From contig CAVYAN010000084.1 of NCBI GenBank assembly GCA_963766075.1, forward strand, positions 1 to 43,202: DNA of 43,202 bases, read 5' to 3'. The stretch comes from an uncultured cyanobacterium. Lineage in GTDB: Bacteria > Cyanobacteriota > Cyanobacteriia > Leptolyngbyales > Leptolyngbyaceae. Numbering within the stretch: position 1 is the first letter of the stretch; each line of letters begins with the position of its first letter. Shown here piece by piece: positions 1-11,112 of this stretch. The translations under genes and the position numbers were made by a program. The notes under the pieces are model-generated. The model made no database searches, was not told the DNA's origin, and worked only from the letters and a program-made list of their open reading frames with translations.

Positions 1-47
1 ATATTCTGGAGAATTCATCCAATCTCTAGCTCAAAGCGAAGCTGGAA

Positions 48-56
48 TGGTATAGT
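48..56 (+). promoter_or_regulatory. Extended -10 promoter element (TGGTATAGT) of tRNA-His
   Basis: TGn-TATAGT lies 13 nt upstream of the tRNA 5' end. Confidence 0.55.
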
Positions 57-69
57 GTCAGATATGCAC

Positions 70-143
70 GGCGAGCGTAGCCAAGTGGTTAAGGCAGTGG
101 TTTGTGGTACCACCATTCGTGGGTTCGAGTCCCATCGTTCGCC
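70..143 (+). tRNA. trnH: tRNA-His (GTG)
   Basis: Acceptor stem GCGAGCG/CGTTCGC with the extra G-1 and C discriminator typical of tRNA-His. D-loop AGCCAAGTGGTTAAGGC, anticodon stem GTGGT/ACCAC around loop TTGTGGT, T-loop GGTTCGAGTCCC. CCA is not encoded. Confidence 0.97.
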
Positions 144-184
144 CTTCAATTCAGAATATACCTTACGCATTATTGTCTTTGCGG

Positions 185-2323
185 CTAGAAGCGTTGGCCA
201 AAGCCAAACTGCAATCGGTTTTCGCCTTGATCATTAAATCCCCAGTCTGCTCGGATAATACCGATCGGGGAATTAATCCGTAGTCCGGCCCCGACACCAA
301 AGCCCATACCCGGTTTGTTGCGGACGCCGCCGGGTTCTCCTAAAACACTATCGCTGGATCCCAGATCGGAGCCAATGTCTGCAAACAGGGCCGCTCCTAG
401 GAATTTATAGACAGGGAATCGATATTCGGCGGAAGCCAAGACATAGCTGCGACTCGTGGCGATATCGCCTGTTTCGTAGCCGCGAATGGAATTGGCACCG
501 CCCAGTACATAGGCGTTATAGGGAGGCAAATCGCCAAGGGTTGTTCCGCCTTGAATGTTGAAGGCCAGGACTTCCGGGAGAGAGGAGGTGCTCACTTTGC
601 CTTTGGGATTGATCCAATTGACGGGCAAGTATTCGGCGTAGTTGGCTTGCAGGCGGTTGCCCAGAATGCTGCCGCGCCCAATGGGGATGAATTGTTCGGT
701 GCTGAGGGTCAGGATGGAGCCTTGGCTGGGGTTGCTGAAGTTATTACGCAGGTCGCGGGTGGCGGTGAAGGAGAGGGTCGTCAGATCATCAATGCCTTTG
801 CCGCTGAAGGTGAGGGGTAAGCCGTCAGCGGTGGTGCGACTGATGTTGCCGTTGCGATCGCGCAAACTGACGTTAGTGTAGTTCAACCCTACGGAGCCCA
901 TCCAGCCATCAGCGATAGGGCGATCGAGGGTGATGCCGCCGCCCAGTCGCCGTTCTCGTACCTGTTGCCCATTGGCCAGTCGAAAATCCTCATCAAACAC
1001 CCGCGACAGCCCTGATCGCCGCACGACATTAGCGCTATAGCCCAGGGTGTCGGGTTGAGTATCGCGGTAGGGACTGACAAAGCGGGCATCAAATTGCACA
1101 TCGCGACTGCCAATCTGGACATTGCTACCAAATTTTTGGGCCTGTCCGTTGACATTGGCATCCTGGAAATTCACCGAGCCAAAAATCCCCAAGTCTTCGT
1201 TGAAGCCGCCGCTCAGATTGACCCCACGGGCCGGGGCTTCCATCAGGTTATAAATCACGGTGGCCCGGTTAGCATCTCCGGCCAGTCGTACATTTGCCCC
1301 TTGCAAAATCCCCAGTTCGGAGAGGCGTTTAAGGTCTTGCTGGGCCACATCTTGGCGGAAGATATCCCCTGGTTTAAGCTTGATTTGCTGCTGCACAAAA
1401 CGGGGTTGGGTGCGGTGGGGAATGGGGTTACCCTGCTCGTCCTGGGGCCGCCCCAGCTTATCGACAAAGCGGACTTGCACATCGCCCACGACCCCTTCTG
1501 CGACGTTCAGGGTGACGAGGCCGGTGCGATCGGGCTCTAGGGATAGTACTCGGGCGAGGGTATATCCATTTTCGGCGTACCACTGGTTGATGCGACGGAC
1601 AGCTTGGGTGAGTGCCGTGGGGCTCACGGGTGCGCCCAGTTGCGGCTGGAATAGGGCGATGGCGACTTCGGGCGTAAGGACTTGGGCGTTGTTTAGGCGC
1701 AGCGATCGCACCACCATCGGCTCCAGTTGAAACAGCACGCTCAGTCCGGCGGCATTGGCGCTACTGCTAACCCGGACATTGGTGAAGAGGCCCGTATCCA
1801 AGAGTTTGGCGACGTCATCCCGCAGTTGAGCCGCACTGGTTTCGCCGCCAGGTAGGGTTTTAATCGTGGTCAGTACCACTTTTTGCAACTCGGTATCCAC
1901 GCCTGTGATTTGTACGTCCGTTGCCGTTACTGCCAAGTCCGGTGCTTGCACCGTAGACGGAACCAGGGGCGTCGATGGTAGGGTACTGCGGGATGGCTCT
2001 GGACGTTGGCTGCCGGGGGCACTCAGGGGCGGGACACTTACGGGGGAGAGAGCGGGGGCTGGGTTATCTATTGGGGGGAGTGGCGGGGAGACAGGAGGCT
2101 CTACCGAAAACTGCTGAACCACGACGGTCTCGGGCGGGGCGATGGGGTCCGTGGGTAGTTCATCATTGACTGGCACCACAATATCCTGAGCGCTAGGCGA
2201 CGGAGCCGTCTGCGCTGGGGAGTCAGGGGATAGAGCCGGGGCGGCGTTGGCCGGGATGATATCTCCACCCGCAACCACGGCTAGGGTGAAGAGTGCCAAT
2301 GTGGGAGGACGCAGTATAGACAT
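185..2323 (-). CDS. Omp85/BamA-TamA family outer membrane protein
   Basis: Signal peptide (MSILRPP..), Pro-rich linker, POTRA-like repeats, beta-barrel with GGANSIRGY motif and terminal FGFGQRF. Start placed at ATG 2323; the ORF extends to 2473. Confidence 0.92.
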   Translation of the reverse strand: MSILRPPTLALFTLAVVAGGDIIPANAAPALSPDSPAQTAPSPSAQDIVVPVNDELPTDPIAPPETVVVQQFSVEPPVSPPLPPIDNPAPALSPVSVPPLSAPGSQRPEPSRSTLPSTPLVPSTVQAPDLAVTATDVQITGVDTELQKVVLTTIKTLPGGETSAAQLRDDVAKLLDTGLFTNVRVSSSANAAGLSVLFQLEPMVVRSLRLNNAQVLTPEVAIALFQPQLGAPVSPTALTQAVRRINQWYAENGYTLARVLSLEPDRTGLVTLNVAEGVVGDVQVRFVDKLGRPQDEQGNPIPHRTQPRFVQQQIKLKPGDIFRQDVAQQDLKRLSELGILQGANVRLAGDANRATVIYNLMEAPARGVNLSGGFNEDLGIFGSVNFQDANVNGQAQKFGSNVQIGSRDVQFDARFVSPYRDTQPDTLGYSANVVRRSGLSRVFDEDFRLANGQQVRERRLGGGITLDRPIADGWMGSVGLNYTNVSLRDRNGNISRTTADGLPLTFSGKGIDDLTTLSFTATRDLRNNFSNPSQGSILTLSTEQFIPIGRGSILGNRLQANYAEYLPVNWINPKGKVSTSSLPEVLAFNIQGGTTLGDLPPYNAYVLGGANSIRGYETGDIATSRSYVLASAEYRFPVYKFLGAALFADIGSDLGSSDSVLGEPGGVRNKPGMGFGVGAGLRINSPIGIIRADWGFNDQGENRLQFGFGQRF

Positions 2324-2691
2324 AGGGCAAAACAGTCCCGCCATCCGGGAGAAGAGAAGCAACGATGGAGTCCGGCGACGCGGTGCGGTTTGCACAGAAG
2401 CCATTTGCGCAAGAGCTATGGGCACAATCAGTCTCGGCAGAATGGGGGTGGGGTTCTCAGGGAGAGGACCCATTTTGCCCTTTTATTCTGCACGGACTTC
2501 TGGCGATCGCCGCGTTTTTTCAAAGCATCACAATTTCTGGACCGCACCCTGCCCTTTTGTCGGCCTGTCGGGCGCGGTCCCTAGGGAGATTGACTGTAGA
2601 CTCCACCGCACTTGTTCCCCGAAAAGTTGGAAACGGCTATCGCCGGGTGATGTGCTTGTCTCTTTTGCTTGTCTCTTAATTATTTTCTGGA

Positions 2692-3069
2692 TTATTTGCT
2701 GGTTTCCAATGGCATTTTGACACTGCTATTCATGCCGGGAACCCGAAAGAAATCCAGAGGATCGATCGGCGCTGATGTTTTTCCAGATGTACTCAGTTTC
2801 GACAGAATGCCTGAGGTCGGTGCATTCGTCGGGGTTTGTAGCGAGTCGGCCACTTGGTTGAGCTGGGCGGTGCGATCGACGGGTTTGGCCTCCATTGACC
2901 TAATTCCAGCGGGCTGAGTGTTGAGAAAAACGGCCCCTTGCGATGGCGGGACAGGCGGGGTTTGAGCGTGAACACGTGCTGTCATCAGCATGGCTCCAGT
3001 CAAGATGGCTCCAGTCAAGATGGTCCCAGTTAGCGTACCCGTAGCTCCAGCAGTCAGACGATTGAACAT
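2692..3069 (-). CDS. Hypothetical secreted protein
   Basis: 125-aa ORF with AGGAG RBS, signal peptide ending VHA-Q, and C-terminal IDPLDFFRVP. Confidence 0.75.
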   Translation of the reverse strand: MFNRLTAGATGTLTGTILTGAILTGAMLMTARVHAQTPPVPPSQGAVFLNTQPAGIRSMEAKPVDRTAQLNQVADSLQTPTNAPTSGILSKLSTSGKTSAPIDPLDFFRVPGMNSSVKMPLETSK

Positions 3070-3367
3070 AATCAGGTCTCCTTAAAGGTCTGCTTGAAAA
3101 AAGGTCTGCTTGAAACAGGGTTGACGTAAAGCGAAAAAAACTAGCATTCAGCGCAAATCGTATTTAATCTAAACAGTGCTTAACCCTAAACCGTGCCTTA
3201 CCGGGGGCAATGGGTGGCAGCTTTAGGCAGTGGCACACTCCCAGTAGGGAAGCACTCCCAGGCCGTCGCGATTGACATCTCCCCAGTCCAAACGCACGGC
3301 CACCCCGATACACCGTACTCCGATACAATAAGCACTGATTCAACATTCGTTCTCTGCCCTTGTGCCT

Positions 3368-5718
3368 ATGTCTGTTCTGTCCTCTGCCCCTTTTTCGGCT
3401 GAAGAAATTGCCTCCGAGGGCATCAAACCCGACGAATACTTAGACATTGTGCAGCGCCTTGGTCGTCATCCCAATAAAGCGGAACTGGGCATGTTTGGCG
3501 TGATGTGGTCAGAGCATTGCTGCTATAAGAACTCGCGGCCTTTGCTGAAGCAGTTTCCCACCGAGGGGCCGCGCATTCTGGTGGGGCCGGGGGAAAATGC
3601 AGGCGTGGTAGACCTGGGGAATGGGTTACACCTGGCCTTCAAAATTGAATCTCACAATCATCCATCTGCAGTGGAACCGTTTCAGGGGGCTGCGACCGGG
3701 GTGGGGGGGATTTTGCGGGATATTTTTACCATGGGGGCCCGCCCGATCGCCATCCTCAATTCTCTGCGCTTTGGCGATTTAGCCGATGCCCGCACCCGTC
3801 GCCTGTTTACCGGGGTTGTTGCGGGCATTGCCCACTACGGCAATTGTGTCGGAGTGCCCACCATTGGGGGTGAAGTTTATTTCAACCCTGCCTATTCTGG
3901 CAATCCTCTGGTCAATGCTATGGCCATGGGACTGATGGAAACCACAGAAATAGTTAAATCTGGTGCCAAGGGCATTGGCAATCCGGTGCTCTACGTGGGG
4001 TCTACCACGGGCCGGGATGGCATGGGGGGGGCTAGCTTTGCCAGTGCGGAACTGAGTGCAGCCTCCATGGACGATCGCCCCGCCGTTCAAGTCGGGGATC
4101 CTTTCCTAGAAAAATCCCTGATCGAAGCCTGTCTGGAAGCTTTCAAAACCGGGGCAGTGGTGGCCGCTCAAGATATGGGAGCCGCGGGGATTACCTGTTC
4201 CACTGCGGAAATGGCCGCCAAGGGGGGCGTTGGCATTGAGCTAGACCTGGATAAGATCCCCGTCCGGGAAACAGGCATGGTGCCCTACGAGTACCTGTTG
4301 TCTGAGTCCCAGGAGCGCATGCTGTTTGTCGCCCAAGCGGGTCGTGAGCAAGAGCTAATTGACATTTTCCACCGTTGGGGTCTGCATGCGGTGGTTGCGG
4401 GCGCTGTAATTGAACAACCCGTGGCCCGGATTTTGTTTCAAGGGGCGATCGCCGCTGAAATTCCCTCCACGGCCCTTGCCGATAACACGCCGATCTACCA
4501 TCACCCGCTGCTGGCCGAGGCCCCAGCCTATGCCCAGCAAGCGTGGGCCTGGTCTGCTGCCCAATTGCCAGACTGCACGGCAGCAGGCGTTTCGGTTGGC
4601 GGGATATTCCGTCCTTGGAATGATATTTTGCTTCACCTGCTGGACACCCCTACGATCGCGTCCAAACGCTGGGTTTACCGCCAGTATGATCATCAAGTGC
4701 AAAACAACACGGTGATGCTTCCCGGCGGGGCCGATGCCGCCATCATTCGCATCCGTCCGAGCCAGCAGAGCGCGACGGCCACGGCCACGAATCTCAAAAC
4801 GGGCGTTGCTGCCACCGTTGACTGCAATGCGCGCTACGTTTATCTCAACCCCTATGAAGGGGCAAAGGCCACCGTGGCCGAGGCTGCCCGCAACCTCAGT
4901 TGTGTGGGAGCCGAACCCCTGGCCGTGACCGACAACTTAAACTTTGGTAGTCCAGAAAATCCGATTGGCTATTGGCAATTGGCAGAAGCCTGTCGGGGCC
5001 TGGCAGAAGCCTGTGCTGCCTTTCAAACTCCCGTCACGGGGGGAATGTTTCCCTATATAACGAAACATTGGATAGCGAAGGCAAGCCCCAGCCGATTTAT
5101 CCCACTCCGGTTGTTGGGATGGTGGGCTTAGTTAGCAATTTAGATCAGGTTTGTGGCCAGGGTTGGCAAGGTGCAGGCGATCGCATCTACCTCCTGGGTG
5201 CCCGAGTAGACGAAGCCATCGAACCTCTCGTTACCCTGGGTGGGTCTGAGTATCTGGCAGAAGTGCATGGGGTCATCGCCGGACAGCCTCCCCAGGTAGA
5301 CTTTGCGCTAGAACGGCGGGTGCAAGCCGCCTGTCGGGAGGGCATTCGCCACGGCTGGGTGCGGTCTGCCCATGACTGTGCCGAGGGCGGATTGGCGATC
5401 GCCCTGGCTGAATCCTGCATCACTGGTCAAATGGGCGCAGAGATCACCCTACCCGCGATCCCCCACCGCTGGGATCACGTCTTATTTGCCGAGGGTGGGG
5501 CCAGGATTGTTGTTTCTGTTGCAGCCCAGCACTGCACTGCCTGGGAGGATTACCTTCAGCAGGCCCTGCCGGAAAACTGGCAGCCTCTGGGAACTGTCAG
5601 TGGTGAAAATATGGATCTGACGATTGCGAGTGAGAATTTGCAGAGGATCAGTGCTTCCCTGGCTGATATGGGCGATCGCTGGTACACCGCGATCGAACGC
5701 CGTCTAGCGGCTGACTAG
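3368..5718 (+). CDS. purL: Phosphoribosylformylglycinamidine synthase subunit PurL (one apparent frameshift at ~5040)
   Basis: [24 protein letters not shown] and DMGAAG motifs. The [19 protein letters not shown] half is in another frame; one G is missing from a G run. Confidence 0.95.
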
Positions 5719-5732
5719 GCCGCTAGACGGCG
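5698..5732. terminator. Perfect 14-bp stem-loop at the purL stop
   Basis: CGCCGTCTAGCGGC-TGACTAG-GCCGCTAGACGGCG, with no U tract. Confidence 0.5.
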
Positions 5733-5954
5733 CTGAATCAATCGTTTCTGCGGCAGTGGCCACGCGCTATCGACATGGCGGCATCGGCATTAACCCAGAG
5801 CACGGCACGCTGGACTCAACGCGTTACGATGGAAGAGTGCAAGTTGATGAGAAGATTAAGAGAAATTAAAATTTGCCTTTAGTTTGGCGATTTAAATCAT
5901 CGACTCAATGGTCATTTTGCTGAATCTACCTTGGACCAGGAGCCACACCGAAGC

Positions 5955-7511
5955 ATGATGCTCGAATCTCTTTCCGCCGACGTTTCTGCTGCCCGCTCTG
6001 CTGCTGCTGCGGGGGAGTCTGCCGCCCAGGAGTCTGTTCCTGCTGTAGAGGCTGCCATTGATCCGGATGGGGCATCCGATAAGCCCGAAGAAGCCTGTGG
6101 GGTTTTTGGCGTCTATGCCCCCACGGAAGACGTGGCTAGGCTTACCTATTTTGGCCTGTTTGCCCTCCAGCATCGGGGACAAGAGTCGGCGGGGATTGCC
6201 ACGTTTGATGGCGATCGGGTTCATCTGCACAAGGACATGGGATTGGTCTCCCACGTTTTTAACGAAACAATCTTGAACCAATTGCCGGGGACTCTGGCGG
6301 TTGGGCATACGCGCTATTCCACCACCGGATCGAGCCGGGTGGTGAACGCACAGCCCGCTCTTGTGGAAACCCGTTTGGGTAAATTGGCGCTGGCGCACAA
6401 TGGCAATCTCGTGAATACCCCCACCTTCCGCGAATCCTTGCAGAAGGAATACAATGCCACCTTTGTGACCACGACCGATTCTGAAGCGATCGCCGTGGCC
6501 ATTCGGGAAGAAATTGATGCGGGCAAAGGTTGGTTAGACGGCGCGATCGCTGCTTTCCACCGCTGTCAAGGCGCATTCAGCCTCGTTATTGGCACCCCAA
6601 ATGGCATCATGGGCACTCGCGATCCCAACGGCATTCGCCCGCTGGTCATTGGCACACTACCCCAAAACCACCCCGACGATCCCCTCCGCTATGCCTTGGC
6701 CTCGGAAACCTGTGCTCTCGATATCATTGGGGCAGATTACCTGCGGGAAGTGAAACCGGGGGAGCTGGTGTGGATTACAGAAACGGGATTGGAATCGATT
6801 CAGTGGTCTGACCACGTGCAGCCCAAACTCTGCATCTTTGAAATGATCTATTTTGCCCGCCCTGATAGCCTCATGGATGATGAAACCCTCTACACTTACC
6901 GCATGCGGATTGGGCGGCGGTTAGCCACGGAATCTCCCGCTGAGGTGGATTTGGTGATTGCGGTGCCCGACTCAGGCGTTCCAGCGGCGATCGGCTTTTC
7001 CCAAACCTCGGGTATTCCCTACGCCGAAGGACTGATTAAAAACCGCTACGTGGGTCGCACCTTTATTCAACCCACCCAAACTATGCGCGAATCCGGCATC
7101 CGCATGAAGCTCAATCCCCTCAAGGATGTTCTGGAAGGCAAGCGCATCGTGATTGTTGACGACTCCATTGTCCGGGGCACCACCAGTCGCAAAATTGTCA
7201 AAGCCCTACGCGATGCGGGTGCCACGGAAGTCCATATGCGAATTTCCTCCCCTCCGGTTACGCACCCTTGTTTCTACGGTATTGATACGGATAACCAAGA
7301 CCAGCTGATTGCCGCCACCAAGAGTGTTGCCGAAATTGCTGCGCAAATCGGCGTTGACTCTCTCAGTTACCTCAGTTGGGAGGGAATGCTGGCAGAAACC
7401 CACAACCATGACAATCACTTTTGCTCAGCCTGTTTTACAGGGGACTATCCTGTGGAAGTGCCGGAGCTGGTCAAACGCTCAAAGCTGATGTTAGAAAAGA
7501 TGGCGCGTTAA
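5955..7511 (+). CDS. purF: Amidophosphoribosyltransferase
   Basis: EEACGVFG propeptide cleavage site with catalytic Cys, QHRGQES, VDDSIVRGTTS PRPP loop and Fe-S cysteines (HPCFYGID, CSAC). Start uncertain. Confidence 0.97.
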   Translation: MMLESLSADVSAARSAAAAGESAAQESVPAVEAAIDPDGASDKPEEACGVFGVYAPTEDVARLTYFGLFALQHRGQESAGIATFDGDRVHLHKDMGLVSHVFNETILNQLPGTLAVGHTRYSTTGSSRVVNAQPALVETRLGKLALAHNGNLVNTPTFRESLQKEYNATFVTTTDSEAIAVAIREEIDAGKGWLDGAIAAFHRCQGAFSLVIGTPNGIMGTRDPNGIRPLVIGTLPQNHPDDPLRYALASETCALDIIGADYLREVKPGELVWITETGLESIQWSDHVQPKLCIFEMIYFARPDSLMDDETLYTYRMRIGRRLATESPAEVDLVIAVPDSGVPAAIGFSQTSGIPYAEGLIKNRYVGRTFIQPTQTMRESGIRMKLNPLKDVLEGKRIVIVDDSIVRGTTSRKIVKALRDAGATEVHMRISSPPVTHPCFYGIDTDNQDQLIAATKSVAEIAAQIGVDSLSYLSWEGMLAETHNHDNHFCSACFTGDYPVEVPELVKRSKLMLEKMAR

Positions 7512-7636
7512 GCTGCGCGTGTGGTTCGACTCCGCTCAGGACGCAATCCTTTGCTGACTTGGGCGGGCGACTTTGCAGGCTGAGCCAGCGGGCCTGTGAG
7601 GGATTTGGTGATGGGGCCGTTTTTTTAGAAATTGCC

Positions 7637-7840
7637 CTAGCTTTGGTGAATATTCAGCACCCGAAAGCCCATCGTGCACTGGTACTGATCCGGCTGTTGT
7701 TCCGTGGGTTTGCCCAGGGCTTTGCCACAGCGGAGATGGTCTTCGCTCCATCGGGGTTGACCGCCTTGATCTGCCAGGAGGCAGTTCTGACAAACGATAC
7801 GGGGGGTAATTAGTTGATCGTCAAGGATCATGACCAGCAT
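7637..7840 (-). CDS. Small Cys-rich cyanobacterial hypothetical protein
   Basis: 67 aa with GGAGG RBS; CQNC..PRW..CG..YQCTMGFR pattern recalled from conserved cyanobacterial small proteins. Confidence 0.8.
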   Translation of the reverse strand: MLVMILDDQLITPRIVCQNCLLADQGGQPRWSEDHLRCGKALGKPTEQQPDQYQCTMGFRVLNIHQS

Positions 7841-8273
7841 CTAGCACCTCCAGGGAACTGATAACTCAATTCGGACCGGAATCTTGAAGCGAGGGGGAAC
7901 TGCTTTGAAGCGATTGAAAATTTCGATGTTGCTCTGGGCTTGAGTACTTGCATTCTAAATGAAGATGCGTTAGAGCGGGGATCGGTTGGTACACACCTTA
8001 ATATGCCCCACTGTGTGAAAGTCGTATCGCGAATCACGAAGCGGTTGTTCCACGAAGCGTTTTTTTGTCGGTTAATTGTTCTTTGTCGGTTAATTCAGGT
8101 GTAGGTTAATCGGGGGAGCAGTCGGTGCGATCGCCCATCCCCGCCCAAAGCACGTTATCATAATTACCTTTGAATAAATACCTATTGAAAGCCCCTATTT
8201 GTCAGCCCTGTGGCGCAGGTTGTCATGCTGCTCGGCTCGGCATGGAAGCAGGATTTGGCGTGTGCCGAATGTT

Positions 8274-8348
8274 TAGGGTTAACCGGTCTAGGGTTAACTG
8301 GTCTAGAGTTAACTGGCCTAGGGTTAGCTGGCTGAGGGTGAACCGGAT
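8274..8348. repeat. Five degenerate 15-bp tandem repeats (TAGGGTTAACYGGYC) upstream of glyA
   Basis: Units start at 8274, 8289, 8304, 8319 and 8334. Confidence 0.85.
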
Positions 8349-8383
8349 TGCTTATGCACTTACGCTTCTGTTGAGGAATTTCT

Positions 8384-9667
8384 GTGACTCGAAATAATTT
8401 AGACCTATTGGCCAATACAGATCCCGCGATCGCTGCCATTATCCAACAGGAGCTCCAGCGTCAGCAGGACCACCTGGAGCTGATCGCCAGTGAAAATTTC
8501 ACCTCTGCCGCTGTCATGGCTGCCCAGGGATCCGTTCTGACGAACAAGTACGCCGAAGGCTTGCCCGGTAAGCGTTATTACGGGGGCTGCGAATTTGTTG
8601 ATCAGGCTGAAGATTTGGCGATCGAGCGTGCCAAGGCGCTGTTTGGCGCAGCTCACGCCAACGTTCAACCACACTCCGGTGCCCAAGCCAACTTTGCGGT
8701 TTTCCTGACGCTGTTGGAGCCGGGCGACACCATCATGGGCATGGATCTGTCCCATGGTGGACACCTTACCCATGGCTCTCCCGTTAATGTCTCCGGCAAA
8801 TGGTTCAAAGTCCACCACTATGGGGTTAGCCCAGAAACGGAAGTATTGGACTATGACCACATCCGCGACCTAGCCCTACAACATCGGCCTAAGCTGCTGA
8901 TTTGTGGCTACTCGGCCTATCCCCGCATCATTGACTTTGCCAAGTTCCGGGCGATCGCCGATGAAGTTGGTGCCTATCTCTTGGCAGACATTGCCCATAT
9001 CGCCGGACTCGTTGCCACCGGTCACCATCCCAGCCCCATTCCCCACTGCCACGTGGTGACTACCACCACCCACAAAACCCTGCGTGGTCCTCGGGGTGGT
9101 TTGATTCTGACCCATGACGCGGAACTGGGTAAAAAGCTGGATAAATCCGTATTCCCCGGTTCGCAAGGTGGCCCTCTAGAGCATGTGATTGCGGCGAAAG
9201 CTGTGGCCTTTGGCGAAGCGCTCAAGCCCGAATTCACCACCTACTGTGGACAGGTGATTACCAATGCCCAAGCTATGGCGGCCCAATTGCAGGCCCGTGG
9301 TTTCAAATTAGTGTCCAATGGCACGGATAATCACCTGATGCTGGTGGATCTGCAATCCATTGGCATGACGGGCAAGCTTGCTGATCAATTGGTTAGTGGT
9401 GTCAATATTACCGCCAACAAAAATACGGTGCCCTTTGATCCCGCATCGCCTTTTGTCACCAGCGGATTGCGCTTGGGTTCTGCCGCCATGACCACTCGCG
9501 GTATGGGCACAGCGGAATTTACCGAAATTGGTAACATTATTAGCGATCGCCTGCTGAATCCTGAAGATGAAGCCGTGGCTCAAGACTGCCGCCGTCGCGT
9601 CGCAGTGCTCTGCAAGCGCTTTCCGCTCTATCCTCACCTCACCGCGCCAGAGCCGGCGCTGGTATAG
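8384..9667 (+). CDS. glyA: Serine hydroxymethyltransferase
   Basis: [36 protein letters not shown] (PLP Lys). GTG start after GAGG. Confidence 0.98.
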   Translation: MTRNNLDLLANTDPAIAAIIQQELQRQQDHLELIASENFTSAAVMAAQGSVLTNKYAEGLPGKRYYGGCEFVDQAEDLAIERAKALFGAAHANVQPHSGAQANFAVFLTLLEPGDTIMGMDLSHGGHLTHGSPVNVSGKWFKVHHYGVSPETEVLDYDHIRDLALQHRPKLLICGYSAYPRIIDFAKFRAIADEVGAYLLADIAHIAGLVATGHHPSPIPHCHVVTTTTHKTLRGPRGGLILTHDAELGKKLDKSVFPGSQGGPLEHVIAAKAVAFGEALKPEFTTYCGQVITNAQAMAAQLQARGFKLVSNGTDNHLMLVDLQSIGMTGKLADQLVSGVNITANKNTVPFDPASPFVTSGLRLGSAAMTTRGMGTAEFTEIGNIISDRLLNPEDEAVAQDCRRRVAVLCKRFPLYPHLTAPEPALV

Positions 9668-9699
9668 AGGATTTGGCTCGATGAGAATGCCGTAAACCG

Positions 9700-9726
9700 A
9701 AAGGGCGTCTAAACCGCCCTTTTTTT
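9700..9726 (+). terminator. Intrinsic terminator of glyA
   Basis: AAAGGGCG-TCTAAAC-CGCCCTTT followed by a T run. Confidence 0.8.
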
Positions 9727-9998
9727 GGGCCTTTACCCAATTCATCAGGATTTTGCAGATCTTGCCCGAAAAGTAAAATACAAGGCGTGGGCGCTCTGGC
9801 CAAAGACGGCCATAAGAGACGGCCATAATAGGCAGAATTTTCATTCTGGAGCTTGTCAAGGGGACTGGTCGCCCGTTCAATAACTTAAAATTCAGCTAAA
9901 ATCCAGCAAAGCCCGCCTCAATTAACATTTCTTTGCTGAGTAACATCAGAAATATAGTAGACTCTGCCTCATACCCACCCCTATCCCTACAACGTCGG

Positions 9999-11060
9999 AT
10001 GCCAATACATCTGTACCATCTCATTGCATTTCTCGCCGCCAACGCCGTTGTGCTCTGGATTACCCCGACGGTGAAAAAAATCGCCATCAAAAGTGGCTAT
10101 TTTGATAAGCCTGGGGAGCGTAAGGTTCATCGGCGTCCCATGGTGCGGTTGGGCGGTGTAGCCATTTTTGGGGGCACCATGGTCGCTCTCATGTTGGTTT
10201 GGTGTTTGGGAGGCTTCGGCATCCAGACCCCTGTTAAGGAAATGGAGGTTTGGGGTGTCATCATCGGCGGATTGGCTTTCTTTTTGATTGGTTTGGCCGA
10301 TGACCTTTTTGACCTGTCGCCCTTGAGTCGCCTTTTTTTGCAGGTGATTGTGGCTAGCATTGCTTGGAAGTCGGGCGTTCAGATTGATTTTCTGACGATT
10401 CCCCAAATGGGTTTAACCGTGCTGCCCGACTGGATTGGCTTGCCCTTGACCGTGATCTGGCTGGTGGGGATGGCCAATGCCATTAACTGGATTGATGGGC
10501 TAGACGGTTTGGCGGCCGGTGTGTCGGGTATTGCGGCGTTGGTCATCTTGATTGTGTGCTTGTTCATGAAGCAGCCTGCGCCGGCACTAATTGCGGCGGC
10601 GATCGCCGGCAGCACCCTGGGCTTCCTGCGCTACAACTTTAATCCCGCTCAAATCTTTATGGGAGACGGTGGCTCCTACTTCCTGGGTTTTACCCTAGCG
10701 GGCGTGAGTGTGATTGGCGTCGTTAAAGGGGTCACCACTGTGGCCTTGACTGTGGCTGTCCTACTGCCCTACGTGATTCTGGCTGTTCCCCTGTTGGATA
10801 TGTCGGCAGTGATCTTAGCTCGGGTGCGTCGCGGCAAATCTCCTTTCACGGCGGATAAGCGCCACCTCCATCATCGGCTGCTGAATGCGGGCCTGTCTCA
10901 TCGGTCTACGGTGTTGTTTATTTACGCCCTAACTTTGTGGGTGGGTACGCTGGCCCTTGCTGTCTCGGGCATCCCCAGTGGGGTGGGTTACGCGATCGGG
11001 GCAACCCTCTTGCTCAGTTTTACGAGTTGGCAAGTCTGGAAAACCGCGCGCCAGTCCTAA
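9999..11060 (+). CDS. Glycosyltransferase family 4 (WecA/TagO/MraY-like) undecaprenyl-phosphate GlcNAc-1-P transferase
   Basis: Multi-TM protein with GLADD, NAINWIDGLDGLA, IFMGDGGS and HLHHRL motifs. Confidence 0.93.
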   Translation: MPIHLYHLIAFLAANAVVLWITPTVKKIAIKSGYFDKPGERKVHRRPMVRLGGVAIFGGTMVALMLVWCLGGFGIQTPVKEMEVWGVIIGGLAFFLIGLADDLFDLSPLSRLFLQVIVASIAWKSGVQIDFLTIPQMGLTVLPDWIGLPLTVIWLVGMANAINWIDGLDGLAAGVSGIAALVILIVCLFMKQPAPALIAAAIAGSTLGFLRYNFNPAQIFMGDGGSYFLGFTLAGVSVIGVVKGVTTVALTVAVLLPYVILAVPLLDMSAVILARVRRGKSPFTADKRHLHHRLLNAGLSHRSTVLFIYALTLWVGTLALAVSGIPSGVGYAIGATLLLSFTSWQVWKTARQS

Positions 11061-11112
11061 CGTTTTCCTTGTGCCAGTCGTGATGGCGATCGCTCCCTTC
11101 AGCTCAACCTCT

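Noticed and set aside
143..185. tRNA-targeted integrated element
   Set aside because: No integrase and no duplicated tRNA 3' end was seen in the window.
55..237. 60-aa ORF
   Set aside because: It overlaps tRNA-His and the end of the Omp85 gene; a shadow ORF.
3368..5718. purL, thiL and secA as true pseudogenes or programmed frameshifts
   Set aside because: Single indels at G runs in otherwise undecayed core genes fit sequencing error better.
8024..8037. NtcA-like GTA-N8-CAC
   Set aside because: A single imperfect match with no supporting promoter geometry.
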